Source of the DNA: a virus
Taxonomy: Duplodnaviria; Caudoviricetes
DNA length: 41,838 nt
Strand: one strand, 5' to 3'
Virus record (IMG/VR): IMGVR_UViG_3300048901_000018
Location: 1 to 41,838 of that record
Under the pieces are notes generated by a model. The model saw only the letters and a list, made by a program, of their open reading frames with translations, was not told where the DNA came from and searched no databases. Position numbers and translations under genes: made by a program. Below are positions 8,006-17,890 of the stretch, in pieces. Within the stretch, counting starts at the first letter, position 1; every line of letters starts with the position of its first letter.

Positions 8006-9218
8006 ACTGTCAATGGAACAGGAAGAGGCGATTGAGATGTGTCTCGATAAGTCCAATCGCATCTTCTCAGTGACAGGGCGAGCAGGTACAGGTAAGACCA
8101 GCGTGTTAGGTATCGCTTACGATGAAACAGTGCAACAGGTAGGTGCGGGCAGAGTTGTATTATCTGCCCCCACTGGGCGAGCGGCCAAGCGGATATATGA
8201 GTTGACTGGTATTCGGGCCAAGACGATACACAAACTCTTAGAGTTTCCCGAACCGGATGAGGAAGATGAACAAGGAAACCCTATACCTCCTGATCCTCGT
8301 CGTAACCGTGAACGTCCTCTTAACGAGCGGGTCGTATATGTTGATGAGGCTTCTATGCTCTCACAACAACTGTACGAGCAACTCATGGCCGCTTTGCCTC
8401 CTAACGGAAGAATACGATTCTTCGGAGACAACGAGCAATTGCCACCTGTGGAGAAAGGATCGCCCTTCGAAGCTCTACTTAAAGAGCGAGCCTCCAAAAG
8501 ACTCAATCACTGTTTCCGATCAGACGATGAAGTTCTGTTCAATGCAGAACGTATTCGTAACGGAAGATTGCCGATAAGGAACTATCGATTTGAGATTATC
8601 TACACAGAGCAACCGATCAAGCAATTGATTAGCTTCACCACAGAAGAGGTAGTTCAACGTTCTGTGCAGATAATCATGCCAACTCGCAACGGCAACTTTG
8701 GAACCAATCGGGTTAATCCATCGTTACAGCTTAAGTTCAATCCAACCGGAGATATCCTACGTGTCGAAAGGAAAGCCAAAATCCTTAAAGACGCACCTCC
8801 ACCGATTGCGTTGCGTGGAGGTGACAAGTTCCTCTGGACGCAGAATGATTATACACTTAAACTGTTTAACGGTGACCTCGGATACATTGATTGGGTTAAC
8901 TCGGAAGATGGGAGTCTACAAATCTCTACGGAAGATCGACAGCTTATTATACCACCTTTTATACAAACGTATTCTCCTTTCCACGGATCAATCATCCACT
9001 ACGACCCAAGAAAGAAGATCGAACTTGGCTACGCTATCACTACTCACAAGGCGCAAGGGAGCGAGTTCGACACTGTGATTTACTGTATGACCCGTGCTGC
9101 CCCGAGAATGCTAAATAGGAGGAACCTATATACAGCAGTGACTAGAGCTAAACACAACGTCGTGATCATCACCGATCGTATGGCGATGACTAACTCAATG
9201 AGGAAATATCATGCCTGA
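7986..9218 (+). CDS. RecD/Dda-like SF1B DNA helicase
   Basis: GRAGTGKT, APTGRAA, TIHKLL, VDEASM, GDNEQLPPV, YAITTHKAQGSEF, LYTAVTRAK. Confidence 0.93.
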   Translation: MKRQEIELSMEQEEAIEMCLDKSNRIFSVTGRAGTGKTSVLGIAYDETVQQVGAGRVVLSAPTGRAAKRIYELTGIRAKTIHKLLEFPEPDEEDEQGNPIPPDPRRNRERPLNERVVYVDEASMLSQQLYEQLMAALPPNGRIRFFGDNEQLPPVEKGSPFEALLKERASKRLNHCFRSDDEVLFNAERIRNGRLPIRNYRFEIIYTEQPIKQLISFTTEEVVQRSVQIIMPTRNGNFGTNRVNPSLQLKFNPTGDILRVERKAKILKDAPPPIALRGGDKFLWTQNDYTLKLFNGDLGYIDWVNSEDGSLQISTEDRQLIIPPFIQTYSPFHGSIIHYDPRKKIELGYAITTHKAQGSEFDTVIYCMTRAAPRMLNRRNLYTAVTRAKHNVVIITDRMAMTNSMRKYHA

Positions 9219-9492
9219 CTTACCAGAATATGACGAGTTCGTAGAATGCACAAACCCCGACTGTGTGTATCGTAAGGCCAAGCCTGTAACCGGCTTACAC
9301 GGTATGGCTGGAGGTGGCATGGGTCCGTATACTTGTTGTGAGATATGCGGAACCGTTCTCACTAAGAGCCAAGACGCAGAAATCCTGTGTGATTCACACG
9401 AAGATATTGGGAGCAAGACCGATGCACAAGTTGCCAGTGATAAAGCTGAACACGCCGCTGAGTCAGATTCAAGACCTGACCTCGACGAATGA
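9211..9492 (+). CDS. Small Zn-ribbon-like protein
   Basis: CTNPDC...CEIC motifs; start overlaps the helicase stop. Confidence 0.55.
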   Translation: MPDLPEYDEFVECTNPDCVYRKAKPVTGLHGMAGGGMGPYTCCEICGTVLTKSQDAEILCDSHEDIGSKTDAQVASDKAEHAAESDSRPDLDE

Positions 9493-11992
9493 TATCGAGC
9501 AACACTTTCGTGCACATGCCTCCGACTTGGGTCTAGTGACCCAAGTCTTTTCAGAGGGTCCAATCAATGCCTCCATTGCAATTGTTGGTGAAGGTCCGGG
9601 CGAAAGCGAAGTCACCAAAGGGCGACCGTTCATCGGAGGATCGGGTCGCCTTCTGTTCGACACTCTCAAGACTATTGGTCTCAATCGAACAGATGTATAT
9701 GTTACAAATGTCGTTAAACGCCAAATATCGCTATCACGCACTGGTAATGAACGAAATGAGGTTAGACGTGAAGAGTTCGACAAGTGGGCTGATCTACTCC
9801 ACTGGGAATTGGCCCGACTCCCTAACCTCAAGACTATCCTTATTATGGGCAACTTTGCGTTACACGCATTACTTGGAGAGGACAAGGTTACAAACTGGCG
9901 TGGTAGTGTCCTCCAGCCCGCCAAGTTCCCCGGAAACAGACTAGGCACATATGTCATAACGATCAATCCAGCTTACGCTATGCGTGAGTTGAAGCTCGAA
10001 CCTGTGTTCACTCTAGATATAAGGAACCGATTAGGTGCGGTGGTCAAAGGAACATACAAGTCGTATGAAATCGAGACACTTATCAACCCGACTTACCAAC
10101 AAGCTCTCAAAGCAATCAGAGATATCAAAGGCGCTAAGAAGCCTACAACCCTTGACATCGAGGGCATCGGTAAAGAAACAGCATGTATCGGGCTTGCTAA
10201 CGATCCGCATAGGTCCGTGTGTATCAACTGGCGAGACGATAGAGATAATCGCTATAGTGTCCAAGAAGAAGCCGACATCTTATATGCCGTCCAAGATTTG
10301 TGTGATTCACACAGGTCTAATGGAACCCCGCTTATTGGTCAAAATGCTCAATTCGATACTTACCATCTACGGCTTAAGGACTGGCTCAGCGTCACTTTCT
10401 CAGACGACACCCTCCTACAACATCACACCCTCTACCCCCAACTTCCCCACAGTCTCGGCTTCCTCACTTCCCAGTATACTACACATCCTTTCTACAAGGA
10501 TGAGTACGATGCTTGGCGCGAGGGAGGTAACATTGACGATTTCTGGCGCTACAACGGAAAAGATACTTGTATTACTCTCAGGTGTTGGGAGAGAATGTGT
10601 GTAGAGCTAAAGGAACAAGGTCTGTGGGAGTTCTATCGCAACCATGTCATGCGAGCGCATCCACACCTTGTGAGTGCAACGGTTCACGGCGTAGCAGTTG
10701 ATGAGAAGCGAAAGCAGGAGATTGTGAAACTCGTCGCGGAGGATGTGCAGAATATCCTCGACCACTTTCACCATTGCGTGCATTTGCTAACTGGTGATCC
10801 GTTCTACTCGCCTAACCCCGGCTCTTGGCAGCAGATGAAGGATTTGTATTTCAATCGTTTGCAGTTAAAGGGTCGGGGTACTTCCACAGACGAGAGTAAT
10901 AGAGCGCATATGCTCAAGAATCCTGAAACGCCGGTAATGGCAAAGGAGATGATTGCCCTTGTCAACAGATACGCAGAAGAGTCGAAGTTTCTCGGTACAT
11001 ATGCCGAATCGAAGGTCGGGGAAGATGGTCGCTTTAGGTGCGAGTATAAGCAAAACGGAGTCCAAAAGGCTCCCGGTCGATTGTCCTCCGCCGGTCTACT
11101 TGATGGTCAGGGTGGGAACATGCAGAACCAGCCAGTCCGGGCTAGAGAAATGTATGTGTGCGACCCCGGCATGGTGTTTGGGTACTTCGACTTGTCGCAA
11201 GCGGAAGCTCGTGTTGTAGGGTGGAGGGCAGGTATCCCTAAGTGGCAGCACCAATTCGAGAAAGCCCGACTCGATGGAGTCTATGATTGTCACCGAGCCC
11301 TAGCTTCGGATATGTTCAAAGTGCCATACGAGAAAGTTCCCAAGGAGGACTTCGATGACAACGGAAAGCCAACCATCCGATACGTCGCCAAGCGATGTCG
11401 TCATGGTCTTAACTATCGTATGGAGAGATTCAAGCTCTCAGAAGTTACAGGGCTATCGTATAACGAAGCGTCTCGCAACTTCATCATATATCATACAACG
11501 ACCCCTGAACTCGAAAAATGGTGGGATGCAGAAGAGAGAAACTTTCGAAAGAATAAGGAAGTCTACAACGCACTTGGTCGAAGGTTCAAAGTTATTCAGC
11601 GTATCGATGATGAGGTTCTTAAGTCGATTGTGGCATTTTACCCGCAATCTACCATTGGGGATAAGATTACTCGCGTGTGGTATCAGAGCGAGTCGGATGA
11701 TGATTGGCCCGACGATGCTCGCGTTGCTATTGACGTCCACGATAACCTTGTATGCATTGCTAGTCCTAAGACTATCAAGACTGCTCTTCGAATAATGGTG
11801 AAGTACGCCGAGGAGCCGATCAGCATCAGGAACGTGCATACCAATCGAGCAGAGGAATTAATCATTCCAGCCGAAGCGAAGATCAGTTATCCAGTGTCGT
11901 ATGTGTTAAACGACAAGGGTAAATGGGAATACGTGCGAGATGACAAGAACGGAGTGCATAGATGGAGTCACTTGGAGAAGGTAAAGCTCTAA
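9422..11992 (+). CDS. polA: Family A DNA polymerase with N-terminal family-4 UDG-like domain and 3'-5' exonuclease (ORF open from 9314)
   Basis: UDG: IVGEGPGESE..GRPFIG.SG, YVTNVVK. Exo: LDIEG, QNAQFD, YNGKD. Pol: GRLSS, DLSQAEAR, RYVAKRCRHGLNY, VHDNL. GGGAG RBS before ATG 9422. Confidence 0.93.
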   Translation: MHKLPVIKLNTPLSQIQDLTSTNDIEQHFRAHASDLGLVTQVFSEGPINASIAIVGEGPGESEVTKGRPFIGGSGRLLFDTLKTIGLNRTDVYVTNVVKRQISLSRTGNERNEVRREEFDKWADLLHWELARLPNLKTILIMGNFALHALLGEDKVTNWRGSVLQPAKFPGNRLGTYVITINPAYAMRELKLEPVFTLDIRNRLGAVVKGTYKSYEIETLINPTYQQALKAIRDIKGAKKPTTLDIEGIGKETACIGLANDPHRSVCINWRDDRDNRYSVQEEADILYAVQDLCDSHRSNGTPLIGQNAQFDTYHLRLKDWLSVTFSDDTLLQHHTLYPQLPHSLGFLTSQYTTHPFYKDEYDAWREGGNIDDFWRYNGKDTCITLRCWERMCVELKEQGLWEFYRNHVMRAHPHLVSATVHGVAVDEKRKQEIVKLVAEDVQNILDHFHHCVHLLTGDPFYSPNPGSWQQMKDLYFNRLQLKGRGTSTDESNRAHMLKNPETPVMAKEMIALVNRYAEESKFLGTYAESKVGEDGRFRCEYKQNGVQKAPGRLSSAGLLDGQGGNMQNQPVRAREMYVCDPGMVFGYFDLSQAEARVVGWRAGIPKWQHQFEKARLDGVYDCHRALASDMFKVPYEKVPKEDFDDNGKPTIRYVAKRCRHGLNYRMERFKLSEVTGLSYNEASRNFIIYHTTTPELEKWWDAEERNFRKNKEVYNALGRRFKVIQRIDDEVLKSIVAFYPQSTIGDKITRVWYQSESDDDWPDDARVAIDVHDNLVCIASPKTIKTALRIMVKYAEEPISIRNVHTNRAEELIIPAEAKISYPVSYVLNDKGKWEYVRDDKNGVHRWSHLEKVKL

Positions 11993-12213
11993 CTTTTAGA
12001 CAATGGCACCATGAATTGAGGAACCTTCTCATTGCTCAAGGTCTACATGGTGTCAGGCAAACGGCGTTGCTCAAGCACTTCAAAGATGAAGATGAGGATG
12101 AACTTATTGGGTACTTAGAATTACTTCTCAAAGAGGACAAGGCCCAGAAGTTCAAATACCAGCGTCACATCTATTGGCGCGCGACGACAGAAATCTTGAA
12201 GGAGCCAGTATGA
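11962..12213 (+). CDS. Small protein, possible winged helix
   Basis: Three predicted helices followed by a beta-wing-like KAQKFKYQRHIYWRAT. Confidence 0.5.
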   Translation: MESLGEGKALTFRQWHHELRNLLIAQGLHGVRQTALLKHFKDEDEDELIGYLELLLKEDKAQKFKYQRHIYWRATTEILKEPV

Positions 12214-12392
12214 AGGAACTCTTTGACGTCACCGTGAGTATCATAGTCGAAACTGAGAAGGCATGGCTTGTCTCTGACGGAGATAAGGAAGCTTGGATAC
12301 CCAAGTCTCAAGCAGAGATTGAGAGGGAAAAAGATGGTAGCTATACTCTTACAGCCCCTCAATCGCTTCTGAAAGAGAAGGGTTTCATATGA
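12210..12392 (+). CDS. Conserved small phage protein
   Basis: AAGGAG RBS; ETEKAWLVSDG...WIPKSQ.E...KEKGFI pattern. Confidence 0.75.
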   Translation: MKELFDVTVSIIVETEKAWLVSDGDKEAWIPKSQAEIEREKDGSYTLTAPQSLLKEKGFI

Positions 12393-12649
12393 AGAAGTTC
12401 GAGGTTACATTTTTGGATGCTGGTCGAGAGCCAGAGTGTCCACCAGACCCAAAGTATCCAGATGGTATGGATATCGTCTTGAGCAAAGAACACGACAAGC
12501 GCGCGTGTAAATTTGAATTGCCTTATCCTGCGCCAAGATGTGGTGCGTATATGATCGTTTGTAATGACTGCAAGTACGCTGCGGTTATTACAGTGGCAGG
12601 TAGAGTAGACGACCCAAAGACGATCCAATTCCCCTGCAAGCTGAACTAA
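12389..12649 (+). CDS. Cys-rich hypothetical protein
   Basis: ATGA overlap; LPYPAPRCG..IVCNDC; last gene of the plus arm. Confidence 0.7.
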   Translation: MKKFEVTFLDAGREPECPPDPKYPDGMDIVLSKEHDKRACKFELPYPAPRCGAYMIVCNDCKYAAVITVAGRVDDPKTIQFPCKLN

Positions 12650-12686
12650 GAAAGAGCCCCGTGTGAGTCACACGGGGTTTTTCTTT
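12648..12686. terminator. Bidirectional intrinsic terminator whose stem-loop is the 13-bp palindrome
   Basis: AAGAAAGAGCCCC-GTGTGAGTCACAC-GGGGTTTTTCTTT between convergent stops at 12649 and 12685. Confidence 0.85.
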
Positions 12687-15600
12687 AATTGGGCGTATCC
12701 GATTTCTCGTGCCCTTCGTAGTCCTCGGGATTGCGTATCCCTATCTCATTCGGGTCGAGCATGTTGATCGTAAAGTGCTTGTTTCCTAGCAACTGACGTA
12801 TCTGGGGCATCTGATCAATTCGCTGTTCAGTTGCCTTTATCGTTTGCAACATGATCTGTGCAACTTGATTATGCTGAGCCGCATAGAAGTCTCTCACTTG
12901 CTTGAAATTAGATGGATTAACACCGTGGTTCGTCAGGAACTCGACGCTATCCCCCATCTTCTCATTAACATGGCTATCCATCCAAGCTCTCTCGTCACCC
13001 GTGTTAACTGTTTTCATTCTCGCTACGAGTGAGCCATACTTCATGTAATCCTTCCACATGGACTTCCAACCCACGCCACCCTTGCTTGGCATATCCCGCT
13101 CAAAGGTCTTTTGCATCTCATTCATCATCATCTTGTATAGCGGGTTCTTCGGTTCGGGCTGTGGCTCACCGGGGTTAGGTATCATATTGTCATAGGCTGG
13201 CGGCTTGTCTGGCAAGAATGACTCAACAAACTTGCCGCCTTCCTTAGACGCAGCTTTCTGCTTGACGTCACCTCTGTTGATGTCCCACACGTTCCAGCGG
13301 TAGAGCAGATCATCAATGGTATGCTTCCTCGCCCACAACTCTTCGGTTGCCTTTGTAGACATAGCCACTGGTGGCTTGTAACCTAAGATGTCCCCTACAA
13401 TTGCTGTGCGCTCCAATTCGCGTGTACCTACTGCCTTTCCAGCCGCTGCCGGTACATCTCCCCATGAGGGTGCGCTTATGCCTGCCTTGTAAGCTGTGAT
13501 ACCCATATCAGCCAGCGATGGTACAATTGCTCGGGCTGTCAGTTCTAGCGCACTCTCACCGCCGCCAAGAGTTATATACGGATTGATCTTTCGCTTCTGG
13601 ATGCCGCCAAGCCAACCTTGTGGCGACACCGCTCCCTGAGCGCCAAGCATCGCATTCCACCAACTCGGCTGCGGTGGTATGATTGCTCCACCTAACATTC
13701 CCCAAGCAGCACCGGCTAAGTCCTCACTCATAGTGGACATGCTCAGGCCGAAATATTGCTGCCACCAAGCCCGTGTCATATACCGCTGGAGTATGCCTTC
13801 CTGATAGTGTCTGAACTCAACTCCCTCTTGCGGGGGTCTACCGCCTACCGGAGCGAAATATGTGTTGTTCAGTAATGGATTGTCTCCACGACCGTTGAGC
13901 ATGTAGTTAACATAGTCGTAGGGTGCCCTGCCTTCATCCATAGCCCGCTTCTTATCTTCCTCTGTTTGATGCATATTCCAGAGATAAGCCGCTGTTTCAG
14001 GCATCACATGAGATGCAGCGAAAGCCATGCCAGCCCTTACAGGATTGTCTCTCATAGCTTTCAGTGTCGCGGCCGGGCTTTGAACCAGCACGCCAGCCCA
14101 AGGAGTTGCTATACGCGCTCCGTGTGCAAAGACGCCAGCTTGTTTGTATGCGTCAGCCCTCATGTCTTGGAATTTGTTCGCCCCTTGGAAATTGAGTGTC
14201 TCCGTCTTACCAGTGATAGGATTTTTGGAGTAAATAAATCCTCTGGTCGAGGGGTCGCCTGTGTAATTTCTCATACGCATGGCAAGTTCTGAATTAGACA
14301 TTGGCCGCCCATCGACAGTCGGGCGTTCCGTATCAGTCGCGCCTCTAGCTACTTTACGCGACCATGCGAAGTTGGGAGCTTCCTGCACAGCACGCAGAGT
14401 CTCATTAGCTGCATGGGCCGTAGCCTTAACAGGGTTCCACGCGAATTTCAACCAAGCGTCGCTGGCCTTTTCCATGTACTCATAGATCGGCGCCATCTGA
14501 GGGTTGGTATTCCTCAGCTTCGCCTTCGTGATGTTCGAGTGAATCACACGATCCTGTTGCAGCGTTGTCCCTGAGAATGCTCCGCTATCTAACATCAGTT
14601 TGTAATGCGAATCGTTGTACGCTTTCTCCATCGCACGAGACATTAAGTTGTGATACTTAGGGTCAATCAACTGTGCGAGATTTGAGTTCTGTATCCTGTT
14701 CTCGAACCACGCAACAGTCGGAGACATGGCACCTAATGCCCTCGGCACAAGCTGTGCTGGTATGGCAGTTAAAGAACTCGCCGGTCCTGCGGGTAACACT
14801 GTTCGCCCTCCTGCGGTTTTCACTCCGCTAGGAGCCGTTGTCCATCCTTGCTCCATAGCACGAATGCCACCCGTGGGAGCGAAGTGCGGTGCGAACAATC
14901 CCGTTGTACTTGCTTGGAATAGGTTCTTGGCTGTACTGCCCCATTGTCCCCATCCAGTGACAGGCATGTGATCCGCGTTTAGCATACTCACAATGAATGG
15001 ATCAGCCGTCCAATGAGTAGTCTGCCCTCCAAGCTTGCGAGTAAGCACTGCTCCGCTGTTCACTGCTTGTGGGTTGTTCTTGACCCACTCCGCAGTGCGT
15101 GGCGTGAAAGCATCCCTTGACGCTACATTGTTTATGTAATGCTGCTCGGCGTCGAATTTCATCTGCTTGCCGATAGCCTCACGCATAGCCGTCTCAGTGA
15201 CGCTCAATGGATTTTCTCCACTAAGCACTCTGCCAAGGTACTCGTCTACATTCTTCCTGTGAGAGAAGATCGGTGACGACGGAGCCCTCATAGCCTGTTG
15301 ATTGAGCGCGATAGGATGCTCAATCCAACTAGTGTTTTTGTCGCTGATGAACTCTCGAACCTTTGCTAGATTGTCCTGATAGTTGAGATGCTGAGTCACA
15401 AAGTCAGGATGATCTTGTTCCATCCTATGCGCTTTGTCTTGTGCGATGGTTAAGTTGTAGGTTCTGCCAAAGTTGTCCTCGACCGTATCAGGGAACTTGC
15501 CCATCGGGTTCACTTTGCCCGACTGTAGCTTGTTCCGCTGTATCGCGTTGTTGGTCAGATGCTCGACAATCATTCGCATCTTGATGTATTCAGGGAACGC

Positions 15601-17862
15601 AGGGTTAGCCTCTGAGAACTCAGCGAGCTTTTTGATCGGTACGGGAATGTCGATCTTGAAATTCCCAATATCCATCTTGCCTTCTTCGATCACTCTCTGG
15701 ATCAAGTTCTGAGCACCTGAGCCTGTCTGGACACGCCACTGCCACTTGGCAGCATCAGCAGCATACGGATCAATCCCGATCTTTACACCCTTGTCATATC
15801 GAGCCTGTCGATCGGCAATATCGAGCATTGACTGGTAATTGTCCACAATGCCGCCTTTGAGTATGTCGCTTGGTATGCTCGCCGCGACTGTGCCGGGCGC
15901 GCCTTTAACCTCACGTCGAGGGTCGAAAATGTCAGCCATTCCTGTCCAGCCATATGGCCTCATCTCCTTCACAGCCCTTACTGTTTTGCTTACAGCCGAA
16001 GGGGCAGCACCGATGCCTAGAGCGAATATGCCACCCCAGACCATGCCGTTTAGCTTCTCGTCATTCATCACGACGGGTCCGCCGGGAGTATTGACGATAA
16101 GAGGCGGCTTACCGAATGCACTCGCGGCTTGTGCGGGTTGGATGGGATTGACATTCGGTATCGGGTAGTTCTTTGCCATGTATTCCGCAGCCGGGCCGAG
16201 GACTTGATCCCCAAGAGCAGAGAAGCCGATATTCTTTAACGTGCTTGCAATGCCGGGGCCAATGTTCTGGCCTATCCATTGTCCTACCTGTTGGGCAGGG
16301 TTCACATTGTTTGGGTCAATACCCATTGTCTCTTGGCGAGCCCTTGTCCAATCTTCGGTTCCTTGAGCGATCTCAAAGGCTTTACGCTTAGCCGCGTCCC
16401 AATCAGACAACAAGCCCACTCCACCAACAACAGGAACCGCTGCACCGCCGGCGATCTGCACAGGCTGAGCCATAAGGCCGCTTGGGATACCCTGAGCGAT
16501 ACCCTTTAACGCTTCACCTTGCTGCATCGTGGCTGCGTTCTCAGCATCAGCCATAGCCAAACTAGTCTCTCCGATGTTCGGTATCGGAGCGGTGAATGAT
16601 CTCATAACGGCTTTGAGCTTATCAAGGAAGCTCAAGTCTGGCGGGGGCTCGGGTTTCCGGGTAGGAGGCAATGGTCTGTTCTGATCTTGATAGTTCTGTA
16701 TCGTAGAGAACATGCTAGGACCAGTAGCGTCCAATACCGCTTGCTCTCCCGGAGAGACAATGCCGGGAATTGGTAACGTCTCCGTTTGATTCACACCGGG
16801 AAGATCGCTTCGAACTTGTGCACTCTCGCGTGAGGTTCTCACTCCGGGCACTGTTCGTGTGCCACGATATCGCGGATCGTTTTGTGCTTCTGCCGCGACT
16901 TCTCTTGCAGCACGCTCAGAGCCACCCATTTGTTCGAGAGGCTTGCCAGTCATTAGCTGAGCGATTTCAGCTTGAGCCTCAGGTGTGTTGGGGATACCTC
17001 CCTTGGTAAGTTCAGGGCCGCCAACGTCAGCCCATGCGCCCGGATATAGGAACCCGGATGGCAGACCGGAATCCTCTACCTTACGCATAGTCGGGGCCGT
17101 GCCACGCGCCGCAATAGCTCGATTGATTCTGTCAGTCCACCAACGTTCAAAACCCTCGCGAGTTAGGTTCTCAGCGGTACGAGCTTGGGGAGGTAGATTA
17201 CCGATAAGGTTTGTCGTAGCCCCTCTGGTGTAGAACCCCGGCCCTTGTTGATGCATCAGATAGAGTTCTGCCGGTGTAGGCTCTCGGCCTTTGATTCTTA
17301 TGAAAGCTTCTCGGTTTGCTTCCATAAGCTTAACTGCCCCAGCCATGTGCTGCTCGGGGTTATAGATGTCTCCGCCCCCACCGTGTCGTAGCCATTCCTC
17401 GCGGCCCATTTGCAATAGGCCCTTGTATTGAGTGGCTCGATCTATATTCGACCGAGGATCGCCGCTACTCTCAACAGCGACAAATCCTCGGAGGACTTTA
17501 GGGTCCACGCCATTTAGTCTTGAGGCTTGTTCAATGGCACGCTCTACCTCTGGAGAGAACGTCTTGCCGGGCTTACTCTCTGTAGAGAGCATTTTGATTT
17601 TAGCCGTACCAGTCGGGGTGTAATCCGGCTGTGGCAGTTGCGGCGTGTTAGGATCCATAACTAACGTCTCTTTGGTTATGGAATCCTGAGGCACGCGATC
17701 TTGTCCTTTTGGGGGATATATGGAAGTCTGCTGCATCTTTTGAAGTTGCAGCAGTTCCTTTTTCAGTTGCTCTTGATAGGAGAGTTCCTCATCCGGCGGA
17801 GTGGGTTCCTCTGTCGGCGTGCCGTCCTTTACTTCACGATCATTGTTGTCGTCGTCAGCCAT
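12685..17862 (-). CDS. Large internal virion (ejection) protein with N-terminal lytic transglycosylase domain
   Basis: 1725 aa, last gene of the structural arm. GVDPKVLRGFVAVESSG, YKGLLQMG and YLMHQQG match lysozyme-like/SLT motifs. Confidence 0.8.
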   Translation of the reverse strand: MADDDNNDREVKDGTPTEEPTPPDEELSYQEQLKKELLQLQKMQQTSIYPPKGQDRVPQDSITKETLVMDPNTPQLPQPDYTPTGTAKIKMLSTESKPGKTFSPEVERAIEQASRLNGVDPKVLRGFVAVESSGDPRSNIDRATQYKGLLQMGREEWLRHGGGGDIYNPEQHMAGAVKLMEANREAFIRIKGREPTPAELYLMHQQGPGFYTRGATTNLIGNLPPQARTAENLTREGFERWWTDRINRAIAARGTAPTMRKVEDSGLPSGFLYPGAWADVGGPELTKGGIPNTPEAQAEIAQLMTGKPLEQMGGSERAAREVAAEAQNDPRYRGTRTVPGVRTSRESAQVRSDLPGVNQTETLPIPGIVSPGEQAVLDATGPSMFSTIQNYQDQNRPLPPTRKPEPPPDLSFLDKLKAVMRSFTAPIPNIGETSLAMADAENAATMQQGEALKGIAQGIPSGLMAQPVQIAGGAAVPVVGGVGLLSDWDAAKRKAFEIAQGTEDWTRARQETMGIDPNNVNPAQQVGQWIGQNIGPGIASTLKNIGFSALGDQVLGPAAEYMAKNYPIPNVNPIQPAQAASAFGKPPLIVNTPGGPVVMNDEKLNGMVWGGIFALGIGAAPSAVSKTVRAVKEMRPYGWTGMADIFDPRREVKGAPGTVAASIPSDILKGGIVDNYQSMLDIADRQARYDKGVKIGIDPYAADAAKWQWRVQTGSGAQNLIQRVIEEGKMDIGNFKIDIPVPIKKLAEFSEANPAFPEYIKMRMIVEHLTNNAIQRNKLQSGKVNPMGKFPDTVEDNFGRTYNLTIAQDKAHRMEQDHPDFVTQHLNYQDNLAKVREFISDKNTSWIEHPIALNQQAMRAPSSPIFSHRKNVDEYLGRVLSGENPLSVTETAMREAIGKQMKFDAEQHYINNVASRDAFTPRTAEWVKNNPQAVNSGAVLTRKLGGQTTHWTADPFIVSMLNADHMPVTGWGQWGSTAKNLFQASTTGLFAPHFAPTGGIRAMEQGWTTAPSGVKTAGGRTVLPAGPASSLTAIPAQLVPRALGAMSPTVAWFENRIQNSNLAQLIDPKYHNLMSRAMEKAYNDSHYKLMLDSGAFSGTTLQQDRVIHSNITKAKLRNTNPQMAPIYEYMEKASDAWLKFAWNPVKATAHAANETLRAVQEAPNFAWSRKVARGATDTERPTVDGRPMSNSELAMRMRNYTGDPSTRGFIYSKNPITGKTETLNFQGANKFQDMRADAYKQAGVFAHGARIATPWAGVLVQSPAATLKAMRDNPVRAGMAFAASHVMPETAAYLWNMHQTEEDKKRAMDEGRAPYDYVNYMLNGRGDNPLLNNTYFAPVGGRPPQEGVEFRHYQEGILQRYMTRAWWQQYFGLSMSTMSEDLAGAAWGMLGGAIIPPQPSWWNAMLGAQGAVSPQGWLGGIQKRKINPYITLGGGESALELTARAIVPSLADMGITAYKAGISAPSWGDVPAAAGKAVGTRELERTAIVGDILGYKPPVAMSTKATEELWARKHTIDDLLYRWNVWDINRGDVKQKAASKEGGKFVESFLPDKPPAYDNMIPNPGEPQPEPKNPLYKMMMNEMQKTFERDMPSKGGVGWKSMWKDYMKYGSLVARMKTVNTGDERAWMDSHVNEKMGDSVEFLTNHGVNPSNFKQVRDFYAAQHNQVAQIMLQTIKATEQRIDQMPQIRQLLGNKHFTINMLDPNEIGIRNPEDYEGHEKSDTPN

Positions 17863-17890
17863 TTCACTCTCCCGTGTGAATCACACGAAC

